Positions 9,327 to 18,751 of a DNA stretch of 32,000 nt are shown piece after piece. The stretch comes from Nostoc punctiforme PCC 73102 (GTDB lineage: Bacteria > Cyanobacteriota > Cyanobacteriia > Cyanobacteriales > Nostocaceae), in contig NC_010628.1 in assembly GCF_000020025.1 (NCBI RefSeq), positions 2,760,001 to 2,792,000 of the forward strand, read 5' to 3'. A program made the position numbers and the translations under genes. Under the pieces are notes generated by a model, which did no database searches, was not told where the DNA came from, and saw only the letters and a program-made list of their open reading frames with translations. Within the stretch, counting starts at the first letter, position 1. Every line of letters starts with the position of its first letter.

Positions 9327-9875
9327 ATGGAAGAAAAGTTTTTAGCTCCAATCACTTCAAACTCTCTTACCCAAAAGTTGCAAATATTTGCTTCCGAAGA
9401 AGTAGAATTATCGCTGAATATCAATAATATCTCCTACTCAGTAAAACTAGAACCTCGCGTTACTTTACTAGATGCACTCCGAGAAAAGCTGGGTTTGATG
9501 GGCACTAAAAAAGCTTGCGATCGTGGTGAATGTGGTGCATGTACTATTCTAATCAATGGTCGCCGAATTAACTCCTGTATGACTCTAGCAGTAATGCATA
9601 TCGACGCTGAAATTACCACAATTGAGGGATTAGCGCAAGATGACAAACTCCACCCCATGCAAACAGCCTTTATCACCCATGATGCTTTTCAATGTGGATA
9701 CTGCACATCGGGTCAAATTGTATCAGCCGTAGGGATGATATTAGAAGAACCACCAAAATCTGAGGCAGAAATTCGAGAAAAAATGAGTGGAAACCTTTGC
9801 CGTTGTGGAGCATATCCAAATATTATTGCGGCGATTCGGGATGTGCTAGAGGAAATGGAAAATGCAGCCATTTAG
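9327..9875 (+). CDS. Molybdenum hydroxylase (2Fe-2S)-binding small subunit, PaoA/YagT-like, without a Tat leader
   Basis: CDRGECGACTILINGRRINSCMTLA, FQCGYCTSGQI and NLCRCGAYPNI form two 2Fe-2S motifs. Close to E. coli PaoA as I recall it, but with no RR signal peptide. Confidence 0.9.
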   Translation: MEEKFLAPITSNSLTQKLQIFASEEVELSLNINNISYSVKLEPRVTLLDALREKLGLMGTKKACDRGECGACTILINGRRINSCMTLAVMHIDAEITTIEGLAQDDKLHPMQTAFITHDAFQCGYCTSGQIVSAVGMILEEPPKSEAEIREKMSGNLCRCGAYPNIIAAIRDVLEEMENAAI

Positions 9876-10839
9876 TTATGCTAAAGTTACTTCACAAGAT
9901 GCTGCGCTCGCTACAGTTGAACAAAACGAAACTGCTGCATTTATCGCTGGTGGCACAGATTTACTGGGATTAATGAAAGATGGAGTCCAAACAGCGAATA
10001 TATTAATTGATATTAATAGTTTGCCCTTAACAGATATTGTATCTCTTGCGAATGGAATCCGTATTGGTGCAATCTCTCGTATGAGTGATGTGGCTTTTCA
10101 TCCCAAAATTCAGGAATGTTATCCAGTAATTAGCCAAGCATTGTTACAAAGTGCTTCACCGCAGTTACGAAATATGGCAACAGTGGGCGGTAATCTACTA
10201 CAACGAGTCCGTTGTGGCTACTTTCGCGATCCGGTTTTTCCTTGTAATAAACGCACCCCAGGTTTAGGTTGTGCCGCAATTACAGGCTACAATCGAATGC
10301 ACGCTATTTTCGGAGCAAGTGAACATTGTATTGCCGTTCATCCTTCCGATTTAGCTGTAGCATTAACGGCATTAGATGCGATGATTTACATCCAAGGGGT
10401 AGAAAAAGAACGTCAAATTTCAATTCATGATTTTTATCTCTTACCAGGTGATACACCAGAAAAAGAAACTTTATTACAGCCTGGAGAATTAATCATTGCT
10501 ATTGAAGTCCCAAATTCTGTATATAAGTCCTATTATTTAAAAGTTAGAGATCGGGCTTCCTACCAATTTGCTCTCGTTTCCGTAGCTATTGCCGTAGAGT
10601 TAGAACAGGACATAATTCAATCAGCACGAATCGCTTTTGGTGGGGTAGCACCCAAACCTTGGCGTGCAAGGGATGCTGAGGAATTTCTCAAAGGTAAAGC
10701 AATTAACGAAGCTACCTTTACAGCCGCAGGAGAAGCAGCTGTTAAAGAAGCAAAACCGCAGACACATAATGAATTCAAAATTGAATTAGTCAAAGGCGCT
10801 TTGGTACGTGCGCTTTCAGTTGTGACAGAAAAATTATGA
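9862..10839 (+). CDS. Molybdenum hydroxylase FAD-binding subunit, PaoB/YagS-like
   Basis: FIAGGTDLLGLMKD FAD-binding motif. A four-Cys stretch, RCGYFRD..CNKR..GLGCAA...HCIAVHPSD, resembles the extra 4Fe-4S site of PaoB. Its start overlaps the upstream stop by 14 nt. Confidence 0.85.
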   Translation: MQPFSYAKVTSQDAALATVEQNETAAFIAGGTDLLGLMKDGVQTANILIDINSLPLTDIVSLANGIRIGAISRMSDVAFHPKIQECYPVISQALLQSASPQLRNMATVGGNLLQRVRCGYFRDPVFPCNKRTPGLGCAAITGYNRMHAIFGASEHCIAVHPSDLAVALTALDAMIYIQGVEKERQISIHDFYLLPGDTPEKETLLQPGELIIAIEVPNSVYKSYYLKVRDRASYQFALVSVAIAVELEQDIIQSARIAFGGVAPKPWRARDAEEFLKGKAINEATFTAAGEAAVKEAKPQTHNEFKIELVKGALVRALSVVTEKL

Positions 10840-13040
10840 ATAAAATTATCGGTAAACCGCTTGATCGCGTTGATGGCAAACTCAAAGTTACCGGAGAAGC
10901 ACCCTATACAGCCGATGTTGCTATAGAAAATTTAACTTATGGAGTGATTTTTCAAAGTGCGATCGCAAGCGGTAAAGTTATCCAAATAGATACATCCGCC
11001 GCCACCGCCGTCCCTGGTGTTGTAGATATCATTACCTACAAACAAACTCCATCTCTGGTAAAAATCCCCTTCTTTTCACCTCCCCAGCCTCAAGCAACCG
11101 AAAAAGACGATAATATTTACTACGATGGTCAACATTTGGGCATTGTAATTGCCCAAACTTTAGAACAAGCCGAAACCGCTGCCTCCCTAGTTAAAATTAT
11201 CTACGAAGAAGCCACTGCGATAGTCACAGTAGCAGATGCAGAGATATTTGAACCCGAATCAATATTTTTTGGCATGATGCCAGGTAAAATCACCAGGGGG
11301 GATGTGGAATCTGGGAAAGCTCAAGCAGATGTTCTGGTAGAGCAAATTTATACCACGCCAATGGAACATCATAATCCCCTAGAGCCTTCTGGAACGATCG
11401 CAATCTGGGAAGGAGATAATTTGACGCTGTATGAAACTACTCAAGGCATTTCCGCAACCCAAAAAGCGATCGCATCTGTTCTGAATATTCCTCAAGAAAA
11501 TGTCCGTGTTATCTCTAAATATTTAGGCGGAGGATTTGGTTGTAAGGCATTGTTGCGATCGCATACTATTTTAGCTGCGATCGCATCTCGTCAAGTAAAA
11601 CGCCCTGTAAAAGTTGTGCTAACGCGATCGCAAATGTACACTGCTTGCGGGCACAGATCCCAAACTCAGCAGCAGCTAACGTTAGGTGCAACCAAAGAGG
11701 GCAGACTAACCCTGATCGATCACATTGGTACATCTTTAACTTCCCTCTTCGATGACTTTGTAGAACCTGTGGGTGCAGCAACCACAATGATGTACGCCTG
11801 TCCCAATTTGGAAATTAAATACCGTTTGGCACGCATCAATACTGCCACACCAACCTTTATGCGGGGCCCGGGAGAAGCAACGGGAATGTTTGCCTTAGAA
11901 TCGGCAATGGATGAACTGGCATACACCTTAAATATTGACCCAATTGAACTAAGATTAATAAATCATGCAGATATCGAGCCGCACAAAGGATTACCTTGGT
12001 CAACTAAATCCCTGAAAGAATGTTACCAAAAAGGAGCAGAAATTTTTGGTTGGTTACAACGCAATCCAGTTCCCCGTTCCATGCGAGATCATCATTTTTT
12101 GATTGGTTGGGGAATGGCAAGTGCGACGTTTCCCACGAACATTCAAACTGCATCAGTTAAGGTAAAAATTTTTGCTACTGGAGAAGTGAAAGTACAAAGT
12201 GGTACTCAAGACATTGGGACAGGCACTTATACAGTGATGACGCAAGTAGCTGCTGAAGTATTAGGCTTACCAGTGCAGTTTGAACTAGGTGATACTAATC
12301 TTCCTAAAGCCCCGATTACAGGGAACTCAATTACCGTTGCCAGTGTTTCCCCGGCGGTACATCAAGCAGCGATCGCCGCACGGGATCAGATAATTAAAAT
12401 GGCGATCGCAGATCCAAATTCTTTGCTTTACGGATCGCAAGCAGAAGGTATTATTGTCGAGTCAGGGCAAATATTTTTAAAACAAGACCCATCGAAGCGA
12501 GACAGCTACACCGATATTCTCCGCCGTCATGGATTAGAAAGTTTAGAAGTTACAGAAGAATCTTCAATCAATCCAGAGGGCAAAGAATACGCCAAACACT
12601 CATTTGGGGCAATATTTGTGGAAGTTGCAGTTGATGAATTGTTGGGAGAAATCAAAGTTAGACGTTGCGTAGGCGTTTATGGTGCAGGGCGAATTCTCAA
12701 CTTCAAGACAGCGCGGAGTCAAGTTATCGGCGGGATTACATGGGGAATCGGTATGGCGCTGATGGAGAAAACTGTAATGGATCCTAATCAGGGCAGAATA
12801 GTTGGTGCTAACTTTTCAGATTACCTGATTCCGGTTCATGCAGATATCCCAAATATGGAAGTGCAATTTGTTGAAGAACACGATCCTTATGTGAATGCAC
12901 TAGGAACCAAAAGTTTGGGCGAACTTCCGATTGTTGGGGTAGCAGCAGCTATATCTAATGCAGTGTATCATGCCACAGGTAAACGGATTCGTGACCTACC
13001 AATTACACCAGACAAGTTGTCTGAATCCGGGATTGATTAG
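10836..13040 (+). CDS. Molybdenum hydroxylase molybdopterin-binding large subunit, PaoC/YagR-like
   Basis: 734 aa. Motifs: GKLKVTGEAPYTAD, MEHHNPLEP, GGGFGCK, FMRGPGE, GTQDIGTGTYT, and the catalytic-region GELP. ATGA start/stop overlap with the upstream gene. Confidence 0.9.
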   Translation: MNKIIGKPLDRVDGKLKVTGEAPYTADVAIENLTYGVIFQSAIASGKVIQIDTSAATAVPGVVDIITYKQTPSLVKIPFFSPPQPQATEKDDNIYYDGQHLGIVIAQTLEQAETAASLVKIIYEEATAIVTVADAEIFEPESIFFGMMPGKITRGDVESGKAQADVLVEQIYTTPMEHHNPLEPSGTIAIWEGDNLTLYETTQGISATQKAIASVLNIPQENVRVISKYLGGGFGCKALLRSHTILAAIASRQVKRPVKVVLTRSQMYTACGHRSQTQQQLTLGATKEGRLTLIDHIGTSLTSLFDDFVEPVGAATTMMYACPNLEIKYRLARINTATPTFMRGPGEATGMFALESAMDELAYTLNIDPIELRLINHADIEPHKGLPWSTKSLKECYQKGAEIFGWLQRNPVPRSMRDHHFLIGWGMASATFPTNIQTASVKVKIFATGEVKVQSGTQDIGTGTYTVMTQVAAEVLGLPVQFELGDTNLPKAPITGNSITVASVSPAVHQAAIAARDQIIKMAIADPNSLLYGSQAEGIIVESGQIFLKQDPSKRDSYTDILRRHGLESLEVTEESSINPEGKEYAKHSFGAIFVEVAVDELLGEIKVRRCVGVYGAGRILNFKTARSQVIGGITWGIGMALMEKTVMDPNQGRIVGANFSDYLIPVHADIPNMEVQFVEEHDPYVNALGTKSLGELPIVGVAAAISNAVYHATGKRIRDLPITPDKLSESGID

Positions 13041-13244
13041 CATTTCTAGATTACACAGATGATTAAATTGAAGAAGGCTAACTGAATCTTGAATCCTGAC
13101 TCCTGAATTCTGTTGTGATAAATCATTGAAGAAGGCAGGAGGCAGGAGGCAGGTGGTCGCCGAGCGCAGCCGAGGTGAGGCAGGAGGCAGATCGCGCAGC
13201 GTATCGCAGACACGCTGCGCGATCTGCCATTTGCATTTCTAGAT
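13040..13244. repeat. GC-rich MITE-like insertion bounded by a perfect 12-bp direct repeat
   Basis: gcatttctagat occurs at 13040-13051 and 13233-13244. Inside are attgaagaaggc x2 (13067, 13125), GGCAGGA heptamers (13134-13154, 13179-13190) and a perfect 17-bp stem (13186-13202 with 13212-13228). Confidence 0.7.
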
Positions 13245-13481
13245 AAAAAATATCATGGACTAAAACGATCATTCATTTGTGCCAAAAGTCATGGTCAAAT
13301 TCATGACTTTTTTCATTAGTCATTTTGTCAAAGATTTATATAATATTCGTATTCAAACAAAGTTATATTGCGATATTAAACCCCAAAAGAAAATATTTTT
13401 GCCATTATATTTAGATATGTTTACCGGATAATTTAAAAATACTGTGTATTAGTTAATAGAGATAAAATAGAGCTATTAACT

Positions 13482-13712
13482 ATGCCTTTTACACCCTATA
13501 TTTTAGTTTGGACTTTCCTATTCAGTTTGCTAAGTCTTAATTCCCAAATACAGATAAATAAATTATCCCAGACCCTGTATCCTACTTATAAAACACAACA
13601 GTTATTTTCAGAGATCGCCAAATCTAATACTCCCAGTACCCCTGTACCTTATAGAGGCGGTGGACGTAGATATTTAATTGAACCTTTCAAAAATATTGCT
13701 CCTCTTGTTTAA
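13482..13712 (+). CDS. Hypothetical small protein (weak call)
   Basis: 76-aa ORF with a hydrophobic N-terminus in an AT-rich gene-free stretch. No recognisable family. Confidence 0.2.
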   Translation: MPFTPYILVWTFLFSLLSLNSQIQINKLSQTLYPTYKTQQLFSEIAKSNTPSTPVPYRGGGRRYLIEPFKNIAPLV

Positions 13713-13858
13713 TAACCAGAAGCTTAGAGAACTCCACAAAAAAGATGATCCAATAGCTAGTGTACTAATCTAGTCTACGTCCTAATTTTCATAGCTATAG
13801 CTATAAAAGTAGCAATATTGCCCGAGTTTGCGTGAAACTCAAGCCCAAAATTACAATT

Positions 13859-13951
13859 TCTGACCACTTTGCACAGATGTCAGATCCACGAATAGATCGC
13901 ACAAAACGTCATAAGCTAATCGATATTTTGACTATGTTTTCGAGCTACTGA
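13859..13951 (+). pseudogene. ISAs1-family transposase N-terminal remnant
   Basis: My own translation, SDHFAQMSDPRIDRTKRHKLIDILTM, matches the conserved DPR..RTKRHKL.DIL start of ISAs1 (H-repeat) transposases. It stops after 24 codons. Confidence 0.65.
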
Positions 13952-13953
13952 CA

Positions 13954-14934
13954 TCAGCCTCTGTGGACAATACGCTGCTGAAAAAGCACGACCAAAAGTA
14001 AGAAGCCACCACGGAGTACGAGCTGCCACCAAGGAGTAATGGTTCCTTCAAGATTTAAAAGATTGTACATCATTCCTAGTAAAAGTACACCGACTAGCGT
14101 CGGAAACACGCTCCCCTGACCCCCTGCGAGAAATGTTCCTCCCATGACGCTGGCGGCGATCGCATCTGTCTCCCAGCCGAAGGCAGCCACAGGCTGACCC
14201 GCTCCTAAACGACCTGCGAGAATAATACCAGCAAGTCCTGAAAGCAACCCGCTAAATGTGTAGACTGCAAGCTTTACTTGGTTTGGGTTCACGCCCATGA
14301 GTCGGGAGGCCTCCTCATTGTTGCCAATAGCGAATATGTGCAAACCTAATCGGCTTCTGTGCAGCATAAACCAAGCAGCAAAATATAAGAGTGCAACTAT
14401 CAGCACGGGTACAGGAACCCAACCAATAAACCCTCTACCCAGCCAAACAAGTCCCGATGCTGTCGATGATACAGCAACGGACTTTTCCTCGGTGATGCTC
14501 AACGCCAGTCCGCGGGCGGCGCTGGCAGTGAATAAGGTAACAACGAACGGCTGGAGCCGCGCGCGAGACACTAGAAGACCATTGACTACACCGAGCAACG
14601 TAGTGCTAGCAATGCCACCGACGATCGCCGCGAAGCTTCCTTGTCGGGCAAGCATTGCTGCGACAACACCGCCTAGAGCAACGAGGGAACCCACGGACAG
14701 ATCGATTCCTCCACTCAGAATCACAACAGTCATGCCCAGCGCCACGATCGCCAGCATACTGTTCTGTCGCATGATGTTCATAAGATTAAGAGGTGTCAGG
14801 AACGTTTCATAACGAAAGGATGCGAAAACAGCCAAACTAAGGAGCGCGAGCAGCACGCCCTGGGAGTTGAGGAGCTTGGCAAGACGCTTCAACAGCCGCA
14901 AACCCGCAAGCGCAAGAGACTTTGTGGCAGCCAT
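13954..14934 (-). CDS. Sugar ABC transporter permease (YjfF/RbsC-like)
   Basis: 326 aa, polytopic. Motifs: GGIDLSVGS, IGNNEEASRLMGV, and the ETDAIAASVMGGT EAA-like loop. It is the last gene of the transporter operon. Confidence 0.85.
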   Translation of the reverse strand: MAATKSLALAGLRLLKRLAKLLNSQGVLLALLSLAVFASFRYETFLTPLNLMNIMRQNSMLAIVALGMTVVILSGGIDLSVGSLVALGGVVAAMLARQGSFAAIVGGIASTTLLGVVNGLLVSRARLQPFVVTLFTASAARGLALSITEEKSVAVSSTASGLVWLGRGFIGWVPVPVLIVALLYFAAWFMLHRSRLGLHIFAIGNNEEASRLMGVNPNQVKLAVYTFSGLLSGLAGIILAGRLGAGQPVAAFGWETDAIAASVMGGTFLAGGQGSVFPTLVGVLLLGMMYNLLNLEGTITPWWQLVLRGGFLLLVVLFQQRIVHRG

Positions 14935-14940
14935 GACGCG

Positions 14941-15403
14941 TTAAACCTCCTTAGGACGCTGCAAAAAAATGGCGAAAAGAATGATTACGGATTTCAAAAC
15001 TAATGACCAGGTAAACGGAATCAGCAGCATATTGAAACTTGTAGAGATCACTTGCATTAGCAAGGCTCCGACAACAGTGCCGAGGACATTTGCACGTCCA
15101 CCGGAGAAGGGTGTACCGCCAAGAACAACAGCCGCGATCGCATCAAATTCCGCGTTGACACCGACCTTGCTCGGATCGCCCATGCCAAACCTCGCTGTCT
15201 CGACAAGTCCGGCAAATCCGGCAAGCAGGGCACTAATTATATAGACTATATATTTCACGCGCTCCGCACGGATACCCGCAAGCCGTGCAGCCTCCTCGTT
15301 GCCGCCGACTGCAACGATATGACGGCCGAAAAGCGTAGAGCGGATACAGAAGAAAGCTCCCGCGATCGCTACTGTCGTAATTACAACCTGAATTGGTATA
15401 GAA
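14941..15403 (-). pseudogene. Sugar ABC transporter permease (YtfT/RbsC-like), N-terminal half deleted
   Basis: Authentic permease sequence appears only from ..GSIPIQVVITTVAIAGAFF..FGRHIVAVGGNEEAARLAGI to the C-terminus, about 154 aa. The residues upstream in the ORF are out-of-frame ATPase DNA. Confidence 0.8.
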
Positions 15404-16618
15404 CCGAATCTTCTGTTCGATGCTGGCTGCCTTGATATCAAGACGCTCCATGAAACGCAGGGCAAGCTCGCTCTGTCGTTTTTTGGAAACAATGCCCCAT
15501 TGCGTAAGGTTCGGTAGTGCAGCAAGAGTGAGGTTTTCGCGCACCGAAAGCTCAGGAATGATGCCGTCCGCCTTGCGATCCTCTGAAAGGAAAGCTATCC
15601 CAGCGTCGATCGCATCATGAGGATCGCGCAGAGATAAAAGACTACCTTCGAGTTTTACAGTTCCACCCTCAAGGGGTTCAGCCCCGAACAAGGCACGCAC
15701 CGTTTCACTACGACCAGAGCCGAGCAAACCCGCAAGCCCAACGATTTCGCCATGCTGCACTTCAATGGAAACACCATTGAGCCGTTTTTTATATTTGAGA
15801 GCTTCCGCTTGGAGTAGCACTGGCTGACCTAACATGTTTTGCGACTGTCTCGCGAACGCCGTGACTCTTTTGCTTACCTCTTCGGGCTTACGACCTAGCA
15901 TAAAACAAACGAGTTCCAGACGAGTGAGCATGGACAGCGATCGCGTCACAATGTTGCGTCCATCACGCAGTACTGTCACGCGATCGCACACGGTGTAAAG
16001 TTCTTCAAAACGGTGGCTGATGTAGACGATGGATGTCCCTTCCGACTTTAGCCGCCGCATGACATCAAAAAGAACAGAAACTTCAGTTTTCGTCAGCGAA
16101 CTCGTGGGTTCATCGAGGATAAGTACCCGCGCACCAAAAGATATAGCGCGGGCGATCGCCACCATCTGGCGATGGGCAATATTCAGCGAACCAACTACTG
16201 AGTGCGGGTCGATATGCAACCCCAGGCGCTTTAGGATATCGGCCGCCCTAGCGTTCATAGCCCGTCTATCAATGATGCCGAAGCGATTAGGCTCCCTGCT
16301 CAGAAAAATATTCTCGGCAACGGTTCGCAAACCCACCAGTTGAATCTCCTGATAGACGGCTACAATGCCTGCCGCCTGCGCTTGGATCGGGTTCTCGAAT
16401 GCAACGGTTTTCTGGTCGTACTCCATAACACCTGAGTCTCGCCGATAAGCCCCCGTCATAATCTTGATAAGCGTTGATTTGCCAGCACCATTTTCTCCAA
16501 CCAGTGCATGGATCTCGCCTGCCTTCAGTTCAAAATCCACCCCCCACAGCGCTGGCACGCCGGAAAAACTTTTTTTTATGCCTGTCATCCACAGGACATT
16601 TCGAGTCGCCTGATTCAT
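15404..16618 (-). pseudogene. Sugar ABC transporter ATPase (YtfR/RbsA-like, two ABC domains), 3'-truncated
   Basis: Walker A GENGAGKST, Walker B LILDEPTS, and the second P-loop GLLGSGRSE are present. Authentic sequence ends at ..ERLDIKAASIEQKIR (about 405 aa), just before the expected second LSGG signature. The remaining 56 aa are a frame-shifted read of the permease. Confidence 0.85.
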
Positions 16619-16848
16619 CGGCTTTACCTAGTTTTTGTCTTTATTGCCGATAGTGGAGATCCTTGACTTGGCACCATAGTAAGTAATATTTATTTATCTA
16701 TCGTGGTGGTTCAGGAAAGTTCCAGGTTATCTTTTTTCTATTTTAGGGCGAGAACTACTTATACCAATTCTCTAAAATCCGGCAACACATTCAAACCCCG
16801 AAACCCAAACAATATCTGACTTTCTTAATTACGAATTACGAATTGGTA

Positions 16849-17850
16849 TTAGTATGCTTCATTTACAAAATCCTTGGCGTTGGTCACGTCGAAGAGTCTG
16901 TCCTTAAGAATAATCCGAGGAGGAATTTTCTTGCCAGCAAAATACTCTTCCATCGTGGCGAAAACAAGTGGACCAAAACGCGGGTTCGACTCGACACTAA
17001 CACCAAGCTCACCACGGATTATCGCCTCAAGCGCAGCTTTCTGGCCATCGATTGAACCAACCATCACATCCTTACCAGGCTTCATACCTGCGGATTTGAG
17101 AGCCTGGATAGCACCTAATGCCATTTCGTCGTTGTGAGCATACACTGCGGTAATATCGGAACCCTTAGCCTGGATGATGTTTTCCATTACACGCACTGCC
17201 GCAGCCCGCGAAAAATCTGCCGTCTGCGTGGCGATGATTTTCATGTTGGGATAAGTAGCGATCGCATTACGAAACCCCTTAGCCCGATCGATTGCGACCG
17301 ATGAACCGGCTGTTCCAGTAAGTTCCACGATGGATGCCTTGCCGTCGGTTGCTTTAGCCAGCCATTCCCCAACACGGCGGCCTTGGGCGATAAAATCCGA
17401 CCCAAGAAAGCTGACGAAATGTTCACCTGGTCTTCCCGCCGCTTCACGGTCGATCAGAAAAATCGGTATTTTTGCCGCTCTCGCTGCTTCGAGGGCGGGC
17501 GTAAGACCCTCATACTCACGTGGTGCAAGAAATATAACATCAACTTGTCGTGCGATTAGATCCTCAATGTCGGCAAATTGCTTCGATGTCTGCCCCTGTG
17601 CATCCGTTATCAGAAAATCGTAAGTTTTCTTATGCTTGGCAGCTTCCTCCTTAATGCTGTTCGTTTCGGCAATGCGCCACGGGCCGATGTTCTCCGTCTG
17701 CGAGAATCCGACAATTTTTTTTGTTTTCTCTCGTATACAACCAGATAGCGAGAAAGCCGAAATAGCGATCGCAACGTAGGCGCTAAATACCAACAACTTT
17801 GGCATATACGCTCCGATACCTGAGCATCCAAAACAGGTTTTATTCTTCAT
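16849..17850 (-). CDS. Sugar ABC transporter substrate-binding lipoprotein, YtfQ-like (galactofuranose-type)
   Basis: VGFSQTENIGPWRIAETN, VELTGTAGSSVAIDRAKGF and VYAHNDEMALGAIQALKSAGMKPGKDVMVGSIDG align with E. coli YtfQ as I recall it. A lipobox, LSGC, is present. The likelier start is the ATG at 17805 (MPKLLVF..). Confidence 0.85.
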   Translation of the reverse strand: MKNKTCFGCSGIGAYMPKLLVFSAYVAIAISAFSLSGCIREKTKKIVGFSQTENIGPWRIAETNSIKEEAAKHKKTYDFLITDAQGQTSKQFADIEDLIARQVDVIFLAPREYEGLTPALEAARAAKIPIFLIDREAAGRPGEHFVSFLGSDFIAQGRRVGEWLAKATDGKASIVELTGTAGSSVAIDRAKGFRNAIATYPNMKIIATQTADFSRAAAVRVMENIIQAKGSDITAVYAHNDEMALGAIQALKSAGMKPGKDVMVGSIDGQKAALEAIIRGELGVSVESNPRFGPLVFATMEEYFAGKKIPPRIILKDRLFDVTNAKDFVNEAY

Positions 17851-18038
17851 AACCCAATCATGTCTGAACGCTACATTGCAATATTTGAAAAAAGCGAAAT
17901 TATGGCATTTTCCATTGATTTGCCATTACTGTGCCAGAATTCATGGCTGTTCGTCATTCCAGTGCTGATGAAACATCAATAGCGATTAGATATCGTGCTT
18001 TTACTTTCCACTGTTAATAAAAGATTGATTTTGCTGAT

Positions 18039-18674
18039 CTAGAGTTTTGGTAATAATTTCATGTCATTAAATAGGACAGATGCACCAACTGCTCGTAGTT
18101 TTTCTGGGTTAATCAGTTCTGCATAACCAAATACTGTCATACCTGTATCAACTCCAGCTCTGACACCTGTGGGTGTATCTTCAATAACTACACAATCCTT
18201 TGGGGAAAATCCCATTCTCTCGGCTGCATATAAAAATACATCGGGATATGGTTTGCTACGTGAGACTTCTGTAGCACTAAATATTTTTTCTGAAAAGTAA
18301 GGAAGCAAATCTATTACAAATAAAGCTTTCTCTATCCACTTATGGCTACTATTTGAAGCAACACAATAAGAAAGATTGAGCTTACTTAAAACATCATGTA
18401 TTCCCTGCACCGGATGCACATCATTCATGAAAGCTTGCATGGTTCGTTCCTCAAATTCGGTAGCAAAGTTCTCTGGTGGAGATTTGCCAAGCAAATTTTT
18501 AACTATTTCTAAACAGCGGGTCATTGATGTGCCAACAAAAATATCGAACACATCCTCTAAAGTTAGAAACAGTCCTATTTCCTTGAGCATTTTCAACAAA
18601 ATAGTATTTGCGATTCGCTCACTATCTATCAAAACACCATCACAATCAAAAATAACTAAATTAAATTTGTTCAT
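18039..18674 (-). CDS. HAD-IA family hydrolase (phosphatase / beta-phosphoglucomutase-like)
   Basis: The four HAD motifs are present: FDCDGVLIDSE, ASNS, SRSKPYPDVF and IEDTPTGVRAG. Confidence 0.9.
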   Translation of the reverse strand: MNKFNLVIFDCDGVLIDSERIANTILLKMLKEIGLFLTLEDVFDIFVGTSMTRCLEIVKNLLGKSPPENFATEFEERTMQAFMNDVHPVQGIHDVLSKLNLSYCVASNSSHKWIEKALFVIDLLPYFSEKIFSATEVSRSKPYPDVFLYAAERMGFSPKDCVVIEDTPTGVRAGVDTGMTVFGYAELINPEKLRAVGASVLFNDMKLLPKL

Positions 18675-18751
18675 GAATTTACTAAAAATCCAAAGTCAAC
18701 AACAGCACGGATTTTACTCATCTTGACCAAACCTGAATTAATTTACAAGGT

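Noticed and set aside
13134-13190. GGCAGGA heptamer runs considered as a possible CRISPR-like or tandem-repeat array
   Set aside because: There are only 3 plus 2 units of 7 nt and no spacers. This fits STRR-like micro-repeats inside the MITE-like insert. No CRISPR array exists anywhere in the window.
14297-14812. 171-aa plus-strand ORF, with similar ones at 14969-15244, 15420-15620, 16029-16343, 16874-17137 and 17330-17623
   Set aside because: All lie antisense to well-supported ABC transporter genes in the GC-rich island. High GC suppresses stop codons there. The products are low-complexity Ala/Pro/Arg/Ser strings.
16829-16842. acgaatt acgaatt tandem heptamer just downstream of the SBP gene
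   Set aside because: Only two units are present, which is too little to interpret.
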